From Acidimicrobiaceae bacterium (GTDB lineage Bacteria > Actinomycetota > Acidimicrobiia > Acidimicrobiales > RAAP-2): 64,000 nt of DNA. The stretch covers positions 17,054-81,053 of the forward strand of contig PLHF01000045.1 of assembly GCA_003138855.1 (NCBI GenBank), given 5' to 3'. Of the stretch, positions 57,676-64,000 are shown in pieces. Made by a program: the position numbers and the translations under genes. The notes under the pieces were generated by a model that saw only the letters and a list, made by a program, of their open reading frames with translations, did not search any database and was not told the DNA's origin. The first letter of the stretch is position 1. Every line of letters begins with the position of its first letter.

Positions 57676-58964
57676 CGCAGGCGCACCGACTGGGCATGGG
57701 CCGGAAGGCCCTCGGTCTCGGCCAGGGTCACGACGTGGGGCCCGAGGACCTCCAGCGCCTTGTCGCTGACGCTGACGGCATGGATGTGCTTCTGGAAATC
57801 ATCCACCCGGAGGGCACTGGCGAAGCGCGCGGTCCGATTGGTGGGCAGCACGTGATTGGGGCCGGCCAGGTAGTCACCCATGCTGGCCGGCGAATTCGGC
57901 CCGAGGAACACGGCCCCGGCCGAGGTCACCTGGGACAGCAGCGACTCGGCGTTGCCGGTCAGGATCTCGAGGTGCTCCGGCGCCACGATGTTGGCGATGG
58001 CGATCGCCTGCTTCGGACCGTCCACCAGCACGGCGAAGCCGCCGGCACCCAGGGTCGCCTCGAGGTCGGCACGTCGCGGGGATTCCTTCACGATCCGATC
58101 GACATGCGCCGCGACTGCCTCCGCGACCGCTTCCGACCAGGTGATCAGCCAGGCCATGCCGTCCGGCCCGTGCTCGGCCTGCACCACCAGGTCGATGGCG
58201 GCCCACTCGGTGGGGGTGTCGGGGCCGGCGATCACCACCACCTCGGACGGCCCCGCGAATGCCGAGGTCACGCCGACGACTCCGGAGACCTGGCGCTTGG
58301 CCTCAGCCACATACCGGTTGCCCGGGCCCACGATGACATCCACCGGATCGATGGACTCGGTGCCATAGGCCATGGCCGCGATGGCTTGTGCGCCGCCCAC
58401 GCAGAAGACCTCGTCGATACCCGCTACCGCCGCTGCCGCCAGGGTGGCATCGTCGATGTGGCCATCGGGCCCGGGAGGGACGCAGAGCACGATCTCCTCC
58501 ACGCCGGCGACGTGTGCCGGGACGGCGCACATCAGCACCGTCGACGGGTAGCGGGCGCGTCCACCGGGTGCGTAGCAACCGGCACGCCCCACCGGCCGGA
58601 CCAGATGGCGGACCCTGATCCCACCGGAATCGAAGTCGTCGGCCGCCGCAGCTGCCGATTCGTGGGCGTGGTACGCCAGGATCCGGTCATGGGCGATGTC
58701 CAGCGCATCCTGGAGCTCGGACGGCACGCGCCCGAGAGCCGCCCCGATCTCCTCAGCGGGGACCCGCAGCTCGTCGAGATCGACGCCATCGAACTTCGCC
58801 GTCAGGCGGCGCAGAGCGGCATCGCCACCGGAGCGCACCTCGCCGATGATGGCGGCCACTGCTTCGGACGAGCGTTCCTGCTCGTCCGTCGGGCTCGGCA
58901 CCGCCGCACGCAACGCCTTGCGATCGCCGGTGAAGCCGCGGAAGTCGAGGCGACGAAGGGCCAT
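57663..58964 (-). CDS. hisD: histidinol dehydrogenase
   Basis: YAPGG.A.YPSTVLM, GGAQAIAA.AYGT, IVGPGN.YV..AK, QAEH, APEHL, GDY..G.NHVLPT. Confidence 0.95.
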   Translation of the reverse strand: MALRRLDFRGFTGDRKALRAAVPSPTDEQERSSEAVAAIIGEVRSGGDAALRRLTAKFDGVDLDELRVPAEEIGAALGRVPSELQDALDIAHDRILAYHAHESAAAAADDFDSGGIRVRHLVRPVGRAGCYAPGGRARYPSTVLMCAVPAHVAGVEEIVLCVPPGPDGHIDDATLAAAAVAGIDEVFCVGGAQAIAAMAYGTESIDPVDVIVGPGNRYVAEAKRQVSGVVGVTSAFAGPSEVVVIAGPDTPTEWAAIDLVVQAEHGPDGMAWLITWSEAVAEAVAAHVDRIVKESPRRADLEATLGAGGFAVLVDGPKQAIAIANIVAPEHLEILTGNAESLLSQVTSAGAVFLGPNSPASMGDYLAGPNHVLPTNRTARFASALRVDDFQKHIHAVSVSDKALEVLGPHVVTLAETEGLPAHAQSVRLRWPR

Positions 58965-59044
58965 GGGCCGTCGATGCTATCGGAACCGGATGGAGGGCCG
59001 TCCTCGAAGAGCGGTCGCAAAGCGGCGAGGAACGGACCTCGGGT

Positions 59045-59124
59045 GGCGGGCGGAGCGGGCGGCCCTCGGTGGTCCCCGGCGGGCGGAGCGGGCGGCCCTC
59101 GGTGGTCCCGGGCGGGCGGAGCGG
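59045..59124. repeat. 33-bp-period tandem direct repeat, 2.4 copies (unit GGCGGGCGGAGCGGGCGGCCCTCGGTGGTCCC)
   Basis: Perfect 32-nt copies at 59045-59076 and 59078-59109, partial copy at 59111-59124. Lies in the divergent region between hisD and a small + strand ORF. Confidence 0.9.
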
Positions 59125-59139
59125 TGCAATGATCGGTGG

Positions 59140-59337
59140 ATGGCCGCCAGCTCCGCAGAACTCTCCTCCCTCGCCACCGCACTCGACGAGTTGACCCGCC
59201 GGGTGACCGTGCACGCCGACGCAGCCAATGCGGCGAAGGACGAGGAGACGGCCCGAGAGCTGTTCGCCATCGAACGCGCCCTCAACAGCGCAAACCGTAG
59301 GATGGCCAGACTCTCCCTGGCTCTGGGCCGCAGATGA
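59140..59337 (+). CDS. hypothetical small helical protein (65 aa)
   Basis: MAASSAELSSLATALDELTRRVTVHADAANAAKDEETARELFAIERALNSANRRMARLSLALGRR. Third positions are strongly G/C. The longer ORF from 58696 is antisense to hisD and was rejected. Confidence 0.45.
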   Translation: MAASSAELSSLATALDELTRRVTVHADAANAAKDEETARELFAIERALNSANRRMARLSLALGRR

Positions 59338-59392
59338 CAGCGCCGACCGGATGGAGCTGCCGTCAACGATCTCACACCGACCCCGGACGCGA

Positions 59393-59418
59393 CGAAGGCA
59401 CCCCAAAGGGTGCCTTCG
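59393..59418. terminator. perfect 11-bp stem / CAAA tetraloop hairpin (candidate intrinsic or bidirectional terminator)
   Basis: CGAAGGCACCC-CAAA-GGGTGCCTTCG read directly. Lies 56 nt after the small ORF stop, between convergent genes. No U-tract. Confidence 0.4.
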
Positions 59419-59459
59419 CGCGAGCGGGCCGGGCGGCGGATCCCGAACTCCGCTCTGCG

Positions 59460-59487
59460 CGAAACCGATTGGCGGGAATCGGTTTCG
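59460..59487. terminator. perfect 11-bp stem / 6-nt loop hairpin
   Basis: CGAAACCGATT-GGCGGG-AATCGGTTTCG read directly. A T5 run follows about 22 nt downstream. Confidence 0.35.
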
Positions 59488-59663
59488 ACGGCAACAGCAC
59501 ACCACGTTTTTCGGACGGATTCCAGTCAGCGGTGCGGATTTCACGCCCCACCCGGAAGCGGACAACGGTTAGGAATCCGAAATACCAGGTAGATGCTTCG
59601 GTTTCGTCGATTCGCCGTCCGGATGCAATCAAAGCCCTGCCTCCGCCGATAGCAGAACACCCG

Positions 59664-60371
59664 TCAGGAGGCGCCTCTCGCGACTCCCTTGCTGCGGGGG
59701 GCATTCCGGCCAGCCAGAGCTTCAGTTGGCGCAGACGGACAGAAGTCCGAGAGAACGCAGCTGTCACAGCGAGGTGAGCGCGCCTTGCAGGTGGCTCGGC
59801 CGTGCAAGATCAGTCGGAGGCTGAAGGCGCCTCGCTCGGAGGCCGGGATCATGCGGTTGAGGACCGTCTCGACCCGAACCGGGTCGGTCTGGTCGGTGAG
59901 GCCCAGGCGGAGTGACAGCCGTTGCACATGGGTGTCCACCGGCAGACCGGGCAACCCGAAGGCGACGCTACGCACCACATTTGCCGTCTTGCGACCGACT
60001 CCGGGAAGTGTCACCAGCTGATCGAGGCGCGATGGGACCTCACCACCGAATCGCACGACGACGTCCTGTGCCATCCCCACCAGGTTTCGGGCCTTGGCCC
60101 GGTAGAACCCGGTGGAGCGGATCAGTTCCTCGATCTCCGACAGATCTGCCGAGGCCAGCGCCAGGGCGTCGGGAAAGCGGGCAAAGAGGGCGGGCGTGGT
60201 CATGTTGACCCGCTCGTCTGTGCACTGAGCCGAGAGAATGGTCGCCACCAGCAGTTCGAACGCATCGGCGTGGCGGAGCGCGCACAGCTCCCGTGGTGAG
60301 CCGGGGTACTCCATGCCCAACCGCTCGTTGGTCACCCTCGCTCGTCCGGCGGGTGTCCGTGGTCGGGCCAT
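59664..60371 (-). CDS. nth: endonuclease III
   Basis: HhH-GPD motif (LVTLPGVGRKTANVV), catalytic region VDTHV, and C-terminal 4Fe-4S loop C-x6-C-x2-C-x5-C (CKARSPRCDSCVLSDFC). ATG at 60371 avoids overlap with the divergent mshD. Confidence 0.9.
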   Translation of the reverse strand: MARPRTPAGRARVTNERLGMEYPGSPRELCALRHADAFELLVATILSAQCTDERVNMTTPALFARFPDALALASADLSEIEELIRSTGFYRAKARNLVGMAQDVVVRFGGEVPSRLDQLVTLPGVGRKTANVVRSVAFGLPGLPVDTHVQRLSLRLGLTDQTDPVRVETVLNRMIPASERGAFSLRLILHGRATCKARSPRCDSCVLSDFCPSAPTEALAGRNAPRSKGVARGAS

Positions 60372-60392
60372 GGCCCGGACACTACCGGTAGC

Positions 60393-61388
60393 TTGTTGTG
60401 GATGATGAGCCTCGACATTGCGGTGGTGACGGCGCCGGATGGACACGTGGTGGACGAGATCGACGAACTACTCAGCCGGGTCACCAAGGCCACAGGCCAC
60501 GATGCTCTCAGTGAGCACAAGCGGGAGGCGTTGAGACGTACCGTCGATCGTACGGATGCGTCAACAGGAGACCCCACTCTCTCCGTCGGCGTCCTCGCCC
60601 GTCTGGACTCAGAAGTGGACCGAGGCGGTCCACGCCCCCCAAAAGGCCTGATCGGATACGCACAGGTGGTCGGGAAAACCCACTCGGGACCGTTCGCGGT
60701 CGAGCTGGTGGTGGATCCGGGGTTCGCGGCGCCGGCAGTGGGTGACGCCCTCCTGGGAACAGCTCTTGACGAGCTAGCCCGGGCGGGCGGCGGAACCGTG
60801 CGGCTGTGGGTGGCACGGGCTTCCACGGCCGACGATGCGCTGGCAGCTGCCCACGGATTGCGGATCGAGCGCAACCTCATCCAGATGCGGTGCAAGCTGC
60901 CGCTCGACACCAGCGAAACCACCCGACCCGACCTGCCGGTTCCGACCCGGAGCTTTCGGCCCGGTGTCGATGAAGCGGCATGGCTGGCCACCAACAATAG
61001 GGCGTTTGCGGGCCACCCCGAGCAGGGCCGGTGGGAGATGGCGACACTGCTCGAGCGGGAGAAGGAGCGGTGGTTCGATCCGAGTGGCTTCCTCGTGGTC
61101 GAAGAGGGTGGGCGCATCGCCGGCTCGTGTTGGACGAAGATCCATGCCGATACCGATCCGCCGATGGGCGAGATCTACGTCATCGGCGTGGACCCGGACT
61201 TCCACGGGCGTGGATGGGGCCGTGCCCTGACCCTTGCCGGCCTGGACTGGCTGGCCGGGGCGGGCATGTCGGTGGGAATGCTCTACGTGGACGCTGCCAA
61301 TACCGCAGCCGTCTCGCTGTACCGTTCGATCGGCTTCGCCGAGGATCATGTGGATCGGTCCTATTCGGGTTGGTTCGACCCGGCCTGA
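60393..61388 (+). CDS. mshD: mycothiol synthase (two-domain GNAT)
   Basis: Two GNAT halves. The C-terminal half has the characteristic FRPG.DE.AWL..NN.AFA.HPEQG.W...L..R....WFDP.GF, GE.YV.GV.P...G.GLG. and LYV...N..A..LY...GF pattern. Confidence 0.85.
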   Translation: MLWMMSLDIAVVTAPDGHVVDEIDELLSRVTKATGHDALSEHKREALRRTVDRTDASTGDPTLSVGVLARLDSEVDRGGPRPPKGLIGYAQVVGKTHSGPFAVELVVDPGFAAPAVGDALLGTALDELARAGGGTVRLWVARASTADDALAAAHGLRIERNLIQMRCKLPLDTSETTRPDLPVPTRSFRPGVDEAAWLATNNRAFAGHPEQGRWEMATLLEREKERWFDPSGFLVVEEGGRIAGSCWTKIHADTDPPMGEIYVIGVDPDFHGRGWGRALTLAGLDWLAGAGMSVGMLYVDAANTAAVSLYRSIGFAEDHVDRSYSGWFDPA

Positions 61389-61452
61389 GGAACGGCTGAC
61401 CGCGATGTCGACGGTCCCTGCGACGAGACCCGGGTGGTCCCAACCGGACCGC

Positions 61453-62877
61453 TCACTCTCCGCCGAACAGCTCCGGGACCTCGGAACGAAAGTCTCGGTC
61501 CGCCGATCCGGCGAGGCCCGGCGATGGACCGCCGGGTCCCTTCTGCGCAGCAGGCGGTCGCCACCTCCAGTTGCCCGGACCGCCATCGAGCCGGAATCCC
61601 TTGTGGGTTCGGAGATAGTGGTGGTGACCGCACAGACGCGCCAGATTCTCCAACGAGGCCGGTCCACCGGCGGCAAAAGGAACCACCCAGTGATCGATCT
61701 CCAGGCCGGCGGCCACGTCGCAGCCGGGGACGACGCAGATCGCGTCCCGTTCGATGAGTGCCGTCTTCAATGGAGCGGGAATCGATCGACCCAGATGGCA
61801 GACGGTGGTCACATTGATGCCGTTGGTGATGACAAGGTCGGTGATGGCATCGCCCATCAGGTCCCGGGCGACCTCGATGGGGACCGGTCCGACGCCGGGA
61901 ATCTCACAGCGCTCTCCGTCACCCACGCTCCCCCGCCTGAGGGCCTCGAGATCAACCCGCAGGTGGACGGTGGCCTTGGGCTCGAGGACATGGCAGTCGG
62001 GGCCGGCGTCGTCATCGGCCCCATCGCCGGTTCCGCATCCCCCCTCCCTCGAGCGACGCGCCGACGTGGTCTGATCGGGAACGCTGATCCCCCGCCCTGT
62101 CACCAGCGCCACGAGGGCATCAGCGGCATAGGCGTCCCGGGACTCACGGATGCCGGCTGCTCTGGCCCGACGGAACGCCCGGTCGGACCCGGCGCTCAAT
62201 GACGAGAGCACCGCCGCACCTGCATCGGGGGTGAGCCGGGCATCCAGCCGGAAGGCCCCATCGGCGTCCGTCCAGGTCCGGCAATGTCGTGCGGCCCGGA
62301 TCCCTTCGTAGACATGGGCCGCATCGGTCTTCGACCTTCCCTCGGCCCTGGCCCGGAGGCATCGATCCCGAAGACGACTCAGGGTGTCCCCTTCTGCCAC
62401 TTGGAGCAGCTCTCCTTCGCTGTTCGGATTGACCGCCACCGCACCGGCGACGGCCTTGGCACCCGACGGGGACAGCCTGCCGGTCCGGTAGGCCTCGTCC
62501 ACGCCGGGGTGGGACTCGAGCGTCTCCCCCAGGCGCAGGAGCTCGACTGCGTTCCCCACGGACTCGCCAGTCACCCCTGCCAGCCGGTGCGCCGCTGACC
62601 GCTGTCCGGTCGTCCGATGGCAGTTGGCTGCAGCCGCCCGGGTTGCGGCAAGCGTCTTGCCAGCGGCGCAGAGACGTTCTGCCCGGGTGAACCAGGTCAC
62701 CAGTCGGGCTGCGTCCTCACCGCCGTACCGGCCGGGCTCGAATTCCGACACGAAGCCGGCGATGGCGTCCAACGCATCCGACAGGGCTGATCCATCCAGC
62801 CGAAGGTGAGCCGGCTGGGTTGCCTGTGGCGTCCGTGGGGACTGGGGTTCCGGGTGGTGCGAGGCTGCCGACGCCAT
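61453..62877 (-). CDS. DUF222-type HNH endonuclease (REP13E12-like family)
   Basis: N-terminal DUF222-like helical region and C-terminal HNH (C.VPGC......EIDH..P...GG...L.NL..LC..HH..H). ATG at 62877 chosen because the longest ORF overlaps the upstream gene. Confidence 0.85.
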   Translation of the reverse strand: MASAASHHPEPQSPRTPQATQPAHLRLDGSALSDALDAIAGFVSEFEPGRYGGEDAARLVTWFTRAERLCAAGKTLAATRAAAANCHRTTGQRSAAHRLAGVTGESVGNAVELLRLGETLESHPGVDEAYRTGRLSPSGAKAVAGAVAVNPNSEGELLQVAEGDTLSRLRDRCLRARAEGRSKTDAAHVYEGIRAARHCRTWTDADGAFRLDARLTPDAGAAVLSSLSAGSDRAFRRARAAGIRESRDAYAADALVALVTGRGISVPDQTTSARRSREGGCGTGDGADDDAGPDCHVLEPKATVHLRVDLEALRRGSVGDGERCEIPGVGPVPIEVARDLMGDAITDLVITNGINVTTVCHLGRSIPAPLKTALIERDAICVVPGCDVAAGLEIDHWVVPFAAGGPASLENLARLCGHHHYLRTHKGFRLDGGPGNWRWRPPAAQKGPGGPSPGLAGSADRDFRSEVPELFGGE

Positions 62878-62959
62878 GTGGTAATCGTCCCAGGTGGGTG
62901 TGACGACCGGATCGCAGACATCCCATCCCCGGCAACCGGCCCGCTCGGCGAGACCCGGG

Positions 62960-63655
62960 TCAGCTTGCGCCCACGAGGTGGCCCACCAGGTAGGTGATCC
63001 CTGCAGCAGCACTGGAGATCAAGAGCTGGCGGCTGGCCGACCACAGCCAGGAACGACCGGTGAACACGGACAGGGCCCCACCCACGCTGAAGGCACCCAC
63101 CGCGCCGAGAGCGACCGACCACAGCGTCGCTCTCGTTCCGTCCGTGAACAACCACGGCAGAAGCGGGATGAACGCCCCGAGGGCGAAGGTGAAGAACGAG
63201 GCGAAGGCGGCCTCGAGCGGTTTGCCGGTTTCCTTTGGATTGATGCCCAGCTCCTCGCGGGCGTGGGTCTCGAGTGCGATCTCGGGGTTCCGCATCATCT
63301 TCACCGAGAGCTCCTCGGCCAACTCGGCGTCGAGCCCGCGGCTCTCGTAGAGTGCGGCCAGTTCCTTGCGCTCGACTTCGGGTTCGTGCCGAAGAGCCTG
63401 TCGTTCGACATCCAGCTCGCGCTCCATCAGCTCGGACTGGGCTCGCATGGAGATGTACTCGCCCGTGGCCATCGAGAACGCGCCACCGATGAGCCCGGCC
63501 AATCCGGCCAGGCGGACCGCCCCTGCCGACGAGTTGGCACCGGCCATGCCGAGGATGAGGGCCACATTGGAGACCAATCCGTCGCTGATGCCGAACACGG
63601 CCGCACGCGCTCCCCCGCCATGCAGGTTCCGGTGATGATGCTCTTCCACGGCCAC
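62960..63655 (-). CDS. VIT1/CCC1-family iron/manganese transporter
   Basis: FG.SDGLVSN..L..G, the MA.GEYIS...Q.E region, a central helical linker, then three TM helices. Confidence 0.85.
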   Translation of the reverse strand: MAVEEHHHRNLHGGGARAAVFGISDGLVSNVALILGMAGANSSAGAVRLAGLAGLIGGAFSMATGEYISMRAQSELMERELDVERQALRHEPEVERKELAALYESRGLDAELAEELSVKMMRNPEIALETHAREELGINPKETGKPLEAAFASFFTFALGAFIPLLPWLFTDGTRATLWSVALGAVGAFSVGGALSVFTGRSWLWSASRQLLISSAAAGITYLVGHLVGAS

Positions 63656-63876
63656 GAAGGAGAGCGTACCGACCCGACATCGATGAGGGCACGCTCACGA
63701 CCGGTGGAAGGGAACCCTCATAGGACCGCCGAGGTATCCGGGTAGAAGCCCGACCCGCCCCGACCCGGGGGCGGGCCCTGGTGGGCACGGAGCGGCCCCT
63801 CCCACCCGGCGCGATCCGAGACGGTGCGCCCGGAGCGGGTGGTGTCCCGGGACCCGGATCCCGTACAGTCTGGGCC

Positions 63877-64000
63877 ATGGCAACCACCGTGCAGGGCATC
63901 GATTCGTTCCGGGATCTGGTCGGGCAGCATCTGGGCTACAGCGAGTGGCATCGCATCGACCAGGACCAGGTCAACCTGTTCGCCGACGCCACCGGCGACC
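63877..64000 (+). CDS. MaoC-family dehydratase (5' partial, runs off window)
   Basis: MATTVQGIDSFRDLVGQHLGYSEWHRIDQDQVNLFADATGD matches the usual MaoC N-terminus (...G.S.W..I.Q..I..FA..TGD). Read by hand; not in the ORF track because it is truncated. Confidence 0.6.
   Translation, partial: MATTVQGIDSFRDLVGQHLGYSEWHRIDQDQVNLFADATGD

Noticed and set aside
59045-59124. Possible CRISPR array (also considered for 53549-53593 and 18766-18810)
   Set aside because: The repeats are directly abutting, with 0-1 nt between copies and no unique spacers. There are only 2-5 copies and no cas genes in the window, so these are tandem repeats, not CRISPR.
58696-59139. Upstream part of the 213-aa + strand ORF 58696-59337
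   Set aside because: It is antisense to the hisD 5' end and then runs through the 33-bp repeat, giving the repeated peptide RAERAALGGP. Only the distal 65-codon segment from ATG 59140 looks coding.
58965-59140. T-box or other riboswitch leader for hisD
   Set aside because: The space between a plausible -10 (TAGCAT, 58974-58979) and the ATG is only 9 nt. The upstream region is occupied by the 33-bp tandem repeat rather than a specifier or antiterminator structure I can recognise.
62697-63899. 400-aa minus-strand ORF overlapping the VIT transporter and the HNH gene start
   Set aside because: It is an alternative frame with Arg/Gly/Pro-rich sequence. The VIT frame (62960-63655) has the family motifs and TM helices.

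Overview
High-GC actinobacterial chromosome segment. The assignment rests on the two-domain mycothiol synthase mshD, the pdtaR-polA-rpsA ... coaE-uvrB-uvrA neighbourhood, and a his/trp supercluster arranged as in Mycobacterium and Streptomyces. All calls come from reading the ORF translations and the DNA by eye; no database search was possible. Most of the window is core housekeeping: nadA, uvrA, uvrB and coaE (0-7 kb); a dipeptide/oligopeptide-type ABC importer (22.3-28.1 kb); rpsA, polA and pdtaR (28-33.5 kb); an enolase-superfamily OSBS-like gene and tRNA-Leu(CAA); fabD-fabG-acpP-fabF (35.5-39.1 kb); an ABC1 kinase; trpC-trpF-trpB-trpA (41-44.6 kb); an OmpR/HK pair; and one long minus-strand chain hisD-hisC-hisB-hisH-hisA-hisF-[GroES-like]-hisI-trpE-ygfZ (50-59 kb). 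The window ends with nth, mshD, a DUF222/HNH endonuclease, a VIT-family transporter and a partial MaoC dehydratase. The only clearly accessory block is 7.1-22.1 kb. It is a cell-envelope glycan cluster with four predicted GT-C membrane glycosyltransferases (one about 1500-aa AftD-like protein, two ArnT/PMT-like, one PIG-V-like). It also holds a GT4, a MOP-type flippase, a Rossmann FAD oxidoreductase and a methyltransferase. Together with the ABC importer, this block sits between coaE and rpsA, which are adjacent in M. tuberculosis. I found no CRISPR array, no recognisable defence or toxin system, no prophage and no rRNA. The best candidates for unexplored biology are the following. (1) The GT-C cluster has no visible donor or priming genes. 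(2) A translationally coupled chain of small ORFs feeds into the ANTAR regulator pdtaR. (3) FabD carries a C-terminal biotinyl/lipoyl-like domain that appears to lack the modifiable lysine. (4) UvrA has a histone-like basic repeat tail. (5) A dedicated trpF coexists with a PriA-like hisA. (6) Several intergenic tandem repeats and a hairpin-rich, lower-GC non-coding stretch lie around 59.0-59.66 kb. Start codons are often ambiguous in this high-GC sequence. Where 4-nt GTGA/ATGA overlaps with the upstream gene exist, I used them.
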